DNA of 64,000 nucleotides from an uncultured Actinomycetes bacterium (GTDB lineage Bacteria; Actinomycetota; Actinomycetes; Streptosporangiales; Streptosporangiaceae): positions 26,122 to 90,121 of the forward strand of contig CAVPFC010000016.1 in assembly GCA_963703605.1 (NCBI GenBank), written 5' to 3'. Shown one piece after another: positions 29,318 through 38,454 of the stretch. The stretch's first letter is position 1. Each line of letters starts with the position of its first letter. Made by a program: the position numbers and the translations under genes. The notes beneath the pieces are model-generated. The model had not been told where the DNA came from. It made no database searches and worked only from the letters and a program-made list of their open reading frames with translations.

Positions 29318-30082
29318 ATGCAACGCCTGCTGGACCGGGTCGCCGTGATCACCGGGGCCGGAAGTGGCATCGGGCTGGCCAGCGTGCGCAGGCTCGCCGC
29401 CGAAGGAGCCAAGATCGTCGCGGTCGACATCGACGGCGAGACCGGCAAGGCCGCCGCCGAGGAGGTTGGCGGCCTGTTCGTCCAGGCGGACGTGACCAGC
29501 GAGGACAACGTGCGCGGGGTCTACGAGGCCGCGGCGCGCGAGTTCGGGCGCATCGACGTCGCCTTCAACAACGCAGGCATCTCCCCGCCCGAGGACGACT
29601 CGATCCTGACCACCGGCCTGGACGCCTGGCGGCGCGTCCAGGACGTCAACCTCACCTCGGTCTACCTGTGCTGCAAGCACGTCATCCCGCACATGCAGCG
29701 GCAGGGTGGCGGCTCGATCATCAACACCGCCTCGTTCGTCGCGGTCCTCGGCGCGGCGACCTCACAGATCTCCTACACCGCGTCCAAGGGCGGCGTGCTC
29801 GCGATGAGCCGGGAGCTCGGGGTGCAGTTCGCGCGGGAGAAGATCCGGGTGAACGCGCTCTGCCCGGGGCCGATCAACACCCCGCTGCTCCAGGAACTGT
29901 TCGCCGCGGACCCGGAGCGGGCGCAGCGGCGGCTGGTCCACGTGCCGATGGGCCGGTTCGGCGAGGCCGGCGAGATCGCCGCCGCGGTCGCGTTCCTGGC
30001 CAGCGACGACGCGTCGTTCGTCACCGCGTCGACGTTCCTGGTCGACGGCGGTATCTCCGGCGCCTACGTAACGCCGCTATGA
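29318..30082 (+). CDS. SDR-family oxidoreductase
   Basis: 254 aa with TGAGSGIG, NNAG and the YTASKGGV catalytic tetrad region. Confidence 0.9.
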   Translation: MQRLLDRVAVITGAGSGIGLASVRRLAAEGAKIVAVDIDGETGKAAAEEVGGLFVQADVTSEDNVRGVYEAAAREFGRIDVAFNNAGISPPEDDSILTTGLDAWRRVQDVNLTSVYLCCKHVIPHMQRQGGGSIINTASFVAVLGAATSQISYTASKGGVLAMSRELGVQFAREKIRVNALCPGPINTPLLQELFAADPERAQRRLVHVPMGRFGEAGEIAAAVAFLASDDASFVTASTFLVDGGISGAYVTPL

Positions 30083-30184
30083 GGTGCGCTGCGGCAATCC
30101 GTGTGGCAACGACCAGCCTCCCGAAGCCAGCGCGCCGCTTGCTGGCGCGCCTCCGGCACGACGTCCCGCGAGGGAGGCAATGAA

Positions 30185-30889
30185 TTGCTGACCGCACCGG
30201 TGATCGGGCTCACCGCGTACAGCGAGCCCGCGCAGTGGGCCGTCTGGAAGGCGCCCGCGGTGCTGCTGCCGGACAGCTACGTGCGGCAGGTTGCCGCGGC
30301 GGGCGGGGTCCCGGTGCTGCTGCCGCCGCTGCCGGGGGTGGCGGCCGCGGTGGGCCGGCTGGACGGGCTGATCCTCACCGGTGGCGGCGACATCCACCCC
30401 GCCAGGTACGGGGAACCGGCTCACCCGCGCACGACCCGGGTGAGCGAGCCGCGGGACGCCGCCGAGCTGGAGCTGCTCGATGCGGCGCTGGGCGCCGGGC
30501 TGCCGGTTCTCGGCGTCTGCCGGGGCATGCAGCTGCTGAACGTGGCCCGCGGCGGGACGCTGCGCCAGCACCTCCCCGAGGAGGCCGGGCACGCCCCGCA
30601 GCCGGGCACGTTCGGGTCGCACCCGGTCCGGGTCGGCGCCGGCACCCGCCTCGCGGGCATCCTGGGCGCCGACGGCGCGCCCCTCGACGTGCCGACCGCG
30701 CATCACCAGGCGGTCGAGGCGCTCGGCGACGGCCTGGTCGCCGCCGCCTGGGCCCAGGACGGCGTGGTCGAGGCGGTGGAGCTGGGCGGCGGCGGGGACC
30801 CGTTCGTGCTCGGCGTGCAGTGGCACCCCGAGGCCAGCACGGACCGGCGGCTGATGGCGGCGCTGGTCGCCGCGGCCGCCGCCCGCTGA
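30185..30889 (+). CDS. gamma-glutamyl-GABA hydrolase-like class I amidotransferase (PuuD / peptidase C26)
   Basis: TTG 30185 follows GAGGGAGG. Contains LTGGGDIHP, GVCRGMQLLNV (nucleophile Cys) and LGVQWHPE. Confidence 0.8.
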   Translation: MLTAPVIGLTAYSEPAQWAVWKAPAVLLPDSYVRQVAAAGGVPVLLPPLPGVAAAVGRLDGLILTGGGDIHPARYGEPAHPRTTRVSEPRDAAELELLDAALGAGLPVLGVCRGMQLLNVARGGTLRQHLPEEAGHAPQPGTFGSHPVRVGAGTRLAGILGADGAPLDVPTAHHQAVEALGDGLVAAAWAQDGVVEAVELGGGGDPFVLGVQWHPEASTDRRLMAALVAAAAAR

Positions 30890-30941
30890 TCGCGGCCGTG
30901 CGCTCAGCGGCTCCCCAGACACAGCCTCTACACTCGCCAGC

Positions 30942-31868
30942 GTGAGTGATACCCCCGCTGTCGAGATCCACGATCTCGTCAAGCGGTACGGGCACACGAC
31001 CGCGGTGGACGGGCTCAGCCTGTCCGCGGCGCGCGGCACGGTGACCGCGGTGCTCGGCCCGAACGGCGCGGGCAAGACCACCACGATCGAGATCTGCGAG
31101 GGATACCGCCGCCCGGACGCGGGCACGGTCGCGGTCCTCGGCCAGGATCCGGTCGCGGACGCCCGCTCGCTGCGGCCCCGGGTCGGGGTGATGCTCCAGT
31201 CCGGCGGCATCCCGCCCGCCGCCAGGCCCGGCGAGTACCTGGCGGTGCTGGCCGCCTTCCACGCTCACCCGCTGGACCCGGCCTGGCTGCTGGACCGGCT
31301 GGGGCTGGCGGGCTCCGCGCGGACCCCGCTCAAGCGGCTGTCCGGGGGCCAGCAGCAGCGGGTCTCGCTCGCCGCCGCGGTGATCGGCCGGCCGGAGCTA
31401 CTGTTCCTCGACGAGCCCACGGCCGGGCTGGATCCGCAGGCGCGGCACGCCACCTGGGCGCTGATCGAGGGCCTGCGTGCCACCGGGGCCAGCGTGATCC
31501 TTACCACGCATCACATGGAGGAGGCCGAGCGGCTCGCCGACCGCGTGGCGGTCGTCGACCACGGGTGCATGGTCGCCGAGGGGACCCCGGCCGACCTGAC
31601 CGGCACCGCCGGGCAGGTCCGCTTCCGGGCCGAGGCGGGCCTGGACACCGACGCGCTGGTCGCCGCGCTGCCGGTGGGCAGCACGGCGAAGGAGTCGCCC
31701 GCCGGGCACTACCTGGTCGAGGTGCAGAACCGGGTGGACCCGCGGCTGGTCGCGGCCGTGACCGCCTGGTGTGCCGAGCACGGCGTGCTCGCCCAGGAGC
31801 TCAGGATCGAAAGCCGCACCCTGGAGGACGTGTTCCTGGAGCTGACCGGCCGGGAGCTGCGCTCATGA
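30942..31868 (+). CDS. ABC transporter ATP-binding protein (ABC-2/DrrA type)
   Basis: 308 aa with GPNGAGKTT, LSGGQQQRV and LFLDEPTAGLD. Confidence 0.9.
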   Translation: MSDTPAVEIHDLVKRYGHTTAVDGLSLSAARGTVTAVLGPNGAGKTTTIEICEGYRRPDAGTVAVLGQDPVADARSLRPRVGVMLQSGGIPPAARPGEYLAVLAAFHAHPLDPAWLLDRLGLAGSARTPLKRLSGGQQQRVSLAAAVIGRPELLFLDEPTAGLDPQARHATWALIEGLRATGASVILTTHHMEEAERLADRVAVVDHGCMVAEGTPADLTGTAGQVRFRAEAGLDTDALVAALPVGSTAKESPAGHYLVEVQNRVDPRLVAAVTAWCAEHGVLAQELRIESRTLEDVFLELTGRELRS

Positions 31869-32791
31869 GCGACATCGCGAGCCAGGCACCGCAGGAGGGG
31901 GCGGGCGCAGGACGGGGGCGGGCGCCGGACGGGGGCGGGCGCGAAGCGCGGGGGCGGGGAAAGCAGAGCGCGGGGGCGGGATCAGAAGAGCACGGGGGCG
32001 GGAAGAGCACAGCTGCGGCGGCCGGGTGGCCCGCCCCCGCGCCCGGCGCCGCGCCCCGGGCGAAGATGATCATGGCGCAGGCCGGCCTCGAATCCAGGAT
32101 GCTGGTCCGCAACGGGGAACAGCTGCTGCTCACGCTCGTCGTCCCGGTGCTCCTGCTCGTCGCGTTCAGCCTGGACCACCACCTGGTCAGCGGGGAGACC
32201 AAGCATCCGGTCAACTTCCTGGTACCGGGCATGATCGCGCTCGCGGTGCTGTCGACGGCCTTCACCAGCCAGGCCATCGCCACCGGGTTCGAGCGCCGGT
32301 ACGGCGTGCTGAAGCGGCTCGGGTCCACCCCGCTGTCCCGCGGCGGGCTGATCGGGGCGAAGACGGTCACGGTGATCGGCGTCGAGCTGGCCCAGACGGT
32401 GATCCTCATCGCGGTGGGCCTGGCGCTGGGGTGGCAGCCGCGCGGCGGGCCGGCCGCCGCCGTCTCGGTGGCCCTGCTCGTGCTGCTGGGCACGGCGGCG
32501 TTCAGCGGCCTGGCGCTGCTGCTGGCCGGGACGCTGCGCGCCGAGGCCACGCTGGCCCTGGCCAACCTGGTCTACCTGGTGCTGCTGGGGCTCGGCGGCA
32601 TCATCTTCCCGCTGGCGAAGTTCGGGTCCGCGCAGGGGGCGCTCACCCTGCTGCCGTCGGGGGCGCTGTCCGACGGGCTGCACAAGGTGCTCCAGTACGG
32701 GCACGGGCTGCCGCTGCGGGACCTGGCGGTGCTGGCGGTCTGGGCGGTCATCACGATCACGCTGGCCGCGCGGCTGTTCCGGTGGGAGTAA
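31865..32791 (+). CDS. ABC-2 type transporter permease
   Basis: ATG 31865 overlaps the ATPase stop, but the first 67 codons are low complexity and encoded by the G-rich repeat array. The conserved permease part starts near ATG 32066 (MIMAQAGLESRMLVRNGEQLLLTLVVP) and has six TM segments. Confidence 0.8.
   Translation: MSDIASQAPQEGAGAGRGRAPDGGGREARGRGKQSAGAGSEEHGGGKSTAAAAGWPAPAPGAAPRAKMIMAQAGLESRMLVRNGEQLLLTLVVPVLLLVAFSLDHHLVSGETKHPVNFLVPGMIALAVLSTAFTSQAIATGFERRYGVLKRLGSTPLSRGGLIGAKTVTVIGVELAQTVILIAVGLALGWQPRGGPAAAVSVALLVLLGTAAFSGLALLLAGTLRAEATLALANLVYLVLLGLGGIIFPLAKFGSAQGALTLLPSGALSDGLHKVLQYGHGLPLRDLAVLAVWAVITITLAARLFRWE
31897..32038 (+). repeat. six direct copies of GGGGGCGGG plus one inverted copy CCCGCCCCC
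   Basis: Read directly. Direct copies start at 31897, 31914, 31931, 31950, 31972 and 31994. The inverted copy is at 32030-32038. Confidence 0.95.
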
Positions 32792-32817
32792 GCGGTCACC
32801 AGCGGGCGGCCGGTCCC

Positions 32818-33741
32818 GTGGTGTGGCGCGCCGTGCCGCCGTCGGTGCTGGTCGTGTTCGGCATCTTCTCGGTCCAGTTCGGCGCCGGGCTCGCGGCCCG
32901 GCTGTTCGCGGAGATCCCGCCCGCGGCCGTCACCGCGGTGCGGCTGTGGCTCTCGGCCGTCGTGATGGTCCTCATCGGGGCCCGGGCGCTGCGGAACGCC
33001 GTGTCCGGCGTGCTGCGCCGGCACGCCTGGCGGGACGCGGCCGTGGTCGTGGCCTTCGGCCTGACGCTCGCCATCATGAACTACTCGATCTACCAGTCGT
33101 TCGCCCGGATCCCGCTCGGGATCTCGGTCACGATCGAGTTCCTCGGCCCGCTCGGGCTGGCGGTGGTGTCCTCCCGGCGGGCAGTCGACCTGCTCTGGGT
33201 CGCGCTGGCCGGCGCCGGCGTGGCGCTGCTCGCCCGCGGCCACCTCGCCCTGACGCACACCGGCGCCGCCGGGCATGCCGCGGCCGGCTCCGGGCAGGCC
33301 CTGGAGGGCCTGGCGTTCGGCCTGCTCTCGGGCCTGGCCTGGGCCGCCTACATCCTGCTGAGCCGGGCCACCGGGCAGCGGTTTGAAGGTTCGTCCGGGC
33401 TCGCGATCGCCATGGTGGTCGCCGGAATCGCGATCACCCCGGTGGGCGTGGCGGCCGGGCGCGGGGCGCTGCTGCGGCCGGGCATCCTGGCCACCGGGCT
33501 GGGCATCGCGCTGCTGTCGTCGATCATCCCTTACTCGCTCGAGATGGAGGCCCTGCGGCGGATCCCGGCCCGGGTCTTCGGCATCTGGATGAGCCTGGAA
33601 CCGGCCGCCGCGGCGCTGGTCGGCCTGGTTCTCCTCAGCCAGGCGCTCGGCCTGCGGGAGTGGCTCGCGATCGGCTGCGTCACGGTCGCCTGCGCGGGCG
33701 CCGCGCGCGGCGCCCGCGAGCTCCAGGCCCCCGAGGCCTGA
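32818..33741 (+). CDS. EamA/RhaT (DMT superfamily) transporter
   Basis: GTG 32818 or 32821. Ten hydrophobic segments in two EamA-like halves (IMNYSIYQSFARIPLGISVTIEFLGPL..., IPYSLEMEALRRIPARVFGIWMSLEPA). Confidence 0.8.
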   Translation: MVWRAVPPSVLVVFGIFSVQFGAGLAARLFAEIPPAAVTAVRLWLSAVVMVLIGARALRNAVSGVLRRHAWRDAAVVVAFGLTLAIMNYSIYQSFARIPLGISVTIEFLGPLGLAVVSSRRAVDLLWVALAGAGVALLARGHLALTHTGAAGHAAAGSGQALEGLAFGLLSGLAWAAYILLSRATGQRFEGSSGLAIAMVVAGIAITPVGVAAGRGALLRPGILATGLGIALLSSIIPYSLEMEALRRIPARVFGIWMSLEPAAAALVGLVLLSQALGLREWLAIGCVTVACAGAARGARELQAPEA

Positions 33742-33807
33742 GGAGTTCCGGCGCCCTTACCGGGCGCTCTGCGTGCGAACCGGGCGGGCCGCTCCTACCA
33801 TGGGTGC

Positions 33808-34890
33808 GTGCCGGCAGGACAGAAGGATCACCGCAGCCAGGGGGACGCTGTGGCCATGGCCCCCGCGGGTGGCGGCCCCGCCGCGGCGCGCGCCAGGCGC
33901 TGGGCCGACGTGCTGCTCAACCCCACCCCGGTGGCCATGCGGCGGATTGCCCTGGCCGGAGTGATCACCACGGCGGGGATCATCGCGACCGGGGCGGCGG
34001 TCCGGCTGAGCGAGTCGGGCCTCGGCTGCCCCGACTGGCCGCAGTGCACCCGCAGCAGCCTGGTCGCCGCGCACTCGCGGGGCGACCCGATGTTCCACAC
34101 CTGGATCGAATTCGGCAACCGGATGGTCACCGTGGCCGTCACGGTGATCGCCGTGGGAGTGTTCGTCGCCGCCTGGCGGTTCCGCCCGGGCGGCCACCGG
34201 CGGCGGGACCTGGTCTGGCTCGCCGCCGTCCAGCCGGCCGGGATATTCGCCCAGGCGGTGCTCGGCGGCATCGTCGTGCTGACCAAGCTCAACCCGGCCG
34301 CGGTCGCGCTGCACTTCCTCGCGTCGAGCGCGGTCGTGGCCGCCGCGGTGGTGCTGTGGGTGCGGTGCACCGAGGGCACCGGTCCGGCCAGGTCCCTGGT
34401 CAGGGCCGACCTGCGGCTGATGGCCTACGCCCAGCTCGCCGTCGTGGCCCTGATGCTGGCCGCCGGGACCGTGGTGACCGGGACCGGGCCGCTGGCCGGC
34501 GCCGGCGCGGTGCCCCGGTTCCACCTGCCACTGGAGGGCGTGACGCAACTGCACGCCGACATCGGCTGGTTCCTCGGCGCCTCCGCCATCTGGCTCGCGG
34601 TGGGCCTGCGGTTCAGCAACGCCCCGGCGCCCGCGGTCCGGCTGGGCTGGGTGGTGCTCGGCCTCATCGGCCTCCAGGGCGTGATCGGCTACACCCAGTA
34701 CTTCACCGGGCTGCCGGCCGGCCTGGTCTGGGTTCACGTCTGCGGCTCCGTGCTGATCTGGATAGCGGCGCTGCGCCTGGTGTTCACCCTCCGGGACCGG
34801 GGCCCGGTCACCCTCGGCGGTGCACCGCAGGCCGGGGAGCCCGGCGTCCACGTACCGGTCGAGCCCGCGGAGCCCGCCGCCGCACGTTAG
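33808..34890 (+). CDS. ctaA: heme A synthase (COX15/CtaA family)
   Basis: Contains GAAVRLSESGLGCPDWPQC, HTWIEFGNR and HADIGW. The start is uncertain (GTG 33808, GTG 33850 or ATG 33856). Confidence 0.85.
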   Translation: MPAGQKDHRSQGDAVAMAPAGGGPAAARARRWADVLLNPTPVAMRRIALAGVITTAGIIATGAAVRLSESGLGCPDWPQCTRSSLVAAHSRGDPMFHTWIEFGNRMVTVAVTVIAVGVFVAAWRFRPGGHRRRDLVWLAAVQPAGIFAQAVLGGIVVLTKLNPAAVALHFLASSAVVAAAVVLWVRCTEGTGPARSLVRADLRLMAYAQLAVVALMLAAGTVVTGTGPLAGAGAVPRFHLPLEGVTQLHADIGWFLGASAIWLAVGLRFSNAPAPAVRLGWVVLGLIGLQGVIGYTQYFTGLPAGLVWVHVCGSVLIWIAALRLVFTLRDRGPVTLGGAPQAGEPGVHVPVEPAEPAAAR

Positions 34891-36086
34891 ACCGCCGGAG
34901 TACGGGCAGCTCCTGGGTAGTACCGGCTGACCACCGCGCGCGCCGAGGCCATCACCCCGGCCAGCGCGCGCCTGCGCTCGTCGAACCCGGCCGCCGCGAT
35001 CGTCCCGCGCTCCGCCCGCTGGTGGGCGAGGGCAAGCTCGGTCGCGGCGAGCTGGTAGTCGGTCATGGCCCGGGCCGCGGTGCGCCCGCCCACCCGGCGG
35101 GCCCAGACCCTGGCCGCCCGGCGTTCCCGCAGCGTGCAGAGCATCTGCAGCTCCGCCTCGGTGATCAGGCCGTCGGCCTGGTAGGCGGGCAGGAACCGGC
35201 GGATCAGCCGGACGGTCCTGCGCCGGTCCGCGACCACCACCGCGATCAGGGCCGCGAGCACACAGGCCAGCAGGCCGTAGGCGAGCACCAGCCCGGCCGC
35301 GCCGGAGGCGGTCAGCCCGTTCCACAGGCCGTGCAGGATCATCGCGCCGAGCAGGCCCACGCCGACCGCCCACCCGCCGCGCCGGTGGGTGGCCGCGTAG
35401 GCGGCCCCGATCCCGGTCATGGACGTGAACATCGGGTGCGCGAGCGGCGCGACGAGGCCGCGGAACACGAACGTGAGGCCGAGCAGTGACACCCCGCCCA
35501 CGTCCGGGCGCACCGCCGCGGAGATGTAGTAGCCGACGTTCTCGATCATGGCGAAGCCGAGGCCGACCATGGCGGCGTAGATGATGCCGTCGGTGGGCCC
35601 GTCGAACTCCTGCCGGCGCCGCCAGAGCAGCCACAGCAGGACGCCGGCCTTGAGGGACTCCTCCACCACCGGGGCGCCGAACGTGGCGGACACGTACTCG
35701 CCGGTGGTCTTGCCCAGCTCGGGCTGGGTGACGAAGACCAGGCCAGCGGTGTTGATCACCCCGGCAAGCAGGGCGGCGATGCCTGCCCCCCAGGCGAACG
35801 CGAACACCAGGTTGCCGCGGGGCTCGGGCTCCAGCCGGTCGAGCAGCAGAACCACACCGATGAGCAACGGCACGGGGACCAGCGCCAGCGGCACCGCGAC
35901 GAGGAACGGCGCCACGCTGTGCCGCGGGCCCTCCAGGCTCTGGGCCAGGTCCACCCCCAGCGCCAGCAGCGCGCAGCCGAGGCCCACGATCACGCCGGCG
36001 ACGATGCCGGTGCCCGGCCGGCCCGGCGCGCTGCCCTCGATCACCGCGCGTGGGTTGGGCCGTGGCCGGGAGATCGTCATGGGCAC
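34887..36086 (-). CDS. PrsW-family intramembrane protease
   Basis: 399 aa, multi-TM, with the EESLKAG (ExxK) motif, the FAMIENVGY block and the HGLWNG (HxxxN) motif. It has a C-terminal cytoplasmic tail. Confidence 0.8.
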   Translation of the reverse strand: MPMTISRPRPNPRAVIEGSAPGRPGTGIVAGVIVGLGCALLALGVDLAQSLEGPRHSVAPFLVAVPLALVPVPLLIGVVLLLDRLEPEPRGNLVFAFAWGAGIAALLAGVINTAGLVFVTQPELGKTTGEYVSATFGAPVVEESLKAGVLLWLLWRRRQEFDGPTDGIIYAAMVGLGFAMIENVGYYISAAVRPDVGGVSLLGLTFVFRGLVAPLAHPMFTSMTGIGAAYAATHRRGGWAVGVGLLGAMILHGLWNGLTASGAAGLVLAYGLLACVLAALIAVVVADRRRTVRLIRRFLPAYQADGLITEAELQMLCTLRERRAARVWARRVGGRTAARAMTDYQLAATELALAHQRAERGTIAAAGFDERRRALAGVMASARAVVSRYYPGAARTPAV

Positions 36087-36282
36087 CAGTCAGCGTCGGA
36101 TTCGGCCCGGGATCCCACCCGGGCGCCCGGTGTCGTCGCTGCGAGCGTAGCCCCCGGCGGATCGCACCTACGGGTGAAGTGGCCGGCTGGGCTGCCCGAT
36201 AGGGTCGAAGAAGCAACGGATCCAGGCGGCCACGGCCCCGGCCGGCCCGCCCGCGCTTGGAGAGGAGCGGTGAGCGAGAGCC

Positions 36283-38440
36283 GTGATGAACTCGCCCTAC
36301 GACGGCCTGGACTGGACGCCTGCCGATCAGCGGACCGTCGACCTCGTCCGGGTGCTCGCGATGGACGCGGTCCAGCAGGCCGGGAACGGGCATCCAGGCA
36401 CCGCCATGAGCCTGGCCCCCGCCGCCTACCTGCTCTTCCAGCGGATCCTGCGGCACGACCCGGCCGACCCGCAGTGGCTGGGCAGAGACAGGTTCGCGCT
36501 GTCCTGCGGGCACTCCAGCCTCACCCTCTACATCCAGCTCTACCTGTCCGGGTACGGGCTGACCCTGGACGACCTCGAGCGGTACCGGACCTGGGGCAGC
36601 CGCACCCCCGGCCATCCCGAGCACGGGCTCACCCCCGGGGTGGAGACCACCACCGGGCCGCTCGGGCAGGGGCTCGGCAACGCGGTCGGCATGGCGATGG
36701 CCGCCCGCCGCGAGCGCGGCCTGCTCGACCCGGACGCGCCGCCCGGAACCAGCCCCTTCGACCACCATGTCTACGTGTTCGCCTCCGACGGCGACATCGA
36801 GGAGGGCATCTCCCACGAGGTCTCCTCGCTGGCGGCCCACCAGGACCTGGGCAACCTCATCGTCCTCTACGACGACAACTCGATCTCGATCGAGGACGAC
36901 ACGAACATCGCCAAGTCCGAAGACGTCGCCGCCCGTTACGAGGCCTACGGCTGGCACGTGCAGCGGGTCAGCTGGCGGACGGCCGAGGGCTACCACGAGG
37001 ACGTCGCGACCCTGGCCGATGCGTTCGAGAACGCCAGGAACAACACCGTGCAGCCGTCGTTCATCGCCCTGCGCACGATCATCGCCTGGCCGGCCCCGGA
37101 CGCGCAGAACACCGGCGAGGCGCACGGGGCCGCGCTCGGCGCGGAAGAGGTGGCCAAGACCAAGCGCATCCTCGGCTTCGACCCGGGCGTCTCGTTCCCC
37201 ACCGAGGACGAGGCCGTCGCCCACGCCCGCAAGGTCGCCGACCGGGGCAAGCGGCTGCACGCCGACTGGGAGGAGTCCTTCGCCGCCTGGCAGGAGCGCA
37301 ACCCGGACCGCGCGGCGCTGCTCGACCGGCTGTCGGCGCGGCGCCTGCCCGAGGGCTGGACATCGGTCCTGCCCGACTTCCCGGCCGATGCCAAGGGCAC
37401 CGCCACGAGGCGGGCCTCCGGCGCGGTTCTCAACGCGCTCGCCGGGGTGCTGCCCGAGCTGTGGGGCGGCTCGGCCGACCTGGCCGGCAGCAACGACACG
37501 ACGATGAAGGGCGAGCCGTCCTTCATCCCGGCCGAGCACCAGACCCGGGTGTACCCCGGCAACCGCTTCGGCCGCACCCTGCACTTCGGCATCCGCGAGC
37601 ACGCCATGGGGTCCATCTGCAACGGGATAGCCCTGAGCGGGCTGACCCGCCCCTACGGCGGCACGTTCCTGGTGTTCAGCGACTACATGCGGCCCGCGGT
37701 CCGGCTGGCCGCCCTGATGCGGCTGCCCGTTACCTACGTCTGGACGCACGACTCGATCGGGCTCGGCGAGGACGGGCCGACCCACCAGCCGGTCGAGCAC
37801 CTGTGGGCGCTGCGGGCCATCCCCGGCCTCGACGTGGTCCGGCCCGCCGACGCGAACGAGACCGTGGTGGCCTGGCGCACCATCCTCGAGCACACCGACC
37901 GGCCGGCCGCGCTGGCCCTGAGCAGGCAGAGCCTGCCGGTGCTCGATCGCAGCGCCAGCCCGGAGAGCGCGCGCGCCGGCGACGGCCACGCCAGCGCCGA
38001 GGGCACCGCCCGCGGCGGGTACGTCCTCGCCGAGGCCCCCGGCGGGGACCCGGCGGTCATCATCATCGGCACCGGCAGCGAGGTGCAGATAGCGCTCGCG
38101 GCGCGGGACCAGCTCGCGGCCGAAGGCATCGGCGCGCGGGTGGTCTCGATGCCGTGCGTGGAATGGTTCACCGCGCAGGACGCTCGGTTACCGGGAGGAG
38201 GTGCTGCCGCCGCGGGTGCGGGCCCGGGTCAGCATCGAGGCGGGCATCGCCCAGGGCTGGCGGGCCTTCACCGGCGACGCGGGCGAGTCGGTCAGCCTGG
38301 AGCACTACGGCGCCTCGGCCGCCTACCAGGATCTCTACCTGCATTTCGGGCTGACCGCGGACAAGGTGGCGGCCGCCGCGCGGTCGAGCCTGGCGAAGGC
38401 GGGAAGGGATACGGGTGCGCTAAGCATCCCAGGCCACTAA
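36283..38440 (+). pseudogene. tkt: transketolase with a +1 frameshift at 38188-38189 (extra T)
   Basis: Canonical Tkt sequence ([45 protein letters not shown]) runs as far as ...[10 protein letters not shown]. The true C-terminus ([19 protein letters not shown]...LYLHFGLT...) is ORF 38201-38440 in frame +1. The shifted frame has no stop until the tal stop, which creates the artificial 1094-aa ORF. Confidence 0.9.
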
Positions 38441-38454
38441 GGAGCACAACTGTC

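Noticed and set aside
33757-37989. Very long minus-strand ORF of 1410 aa. Similar long ORFs occur at 679-2340 (+), 7721-8809 (-), 26352-28112 (-), 39476-41899 (-), 42853-45027 (-) and 49789-52158 (-).
   Set aside because: All lie antisense to, or out of frame with, genes that have unmistakable conserved motifs (ctaA/prsW/tkt, ABC-F, cbbL, GS-like, zwf/opcA, RCK protein, cysH/AidB). Their translations are Arg/Pro/Gly/Ala-rich without motifs. They are stop-codon-poor shadows expected in DNA this GC-rich.
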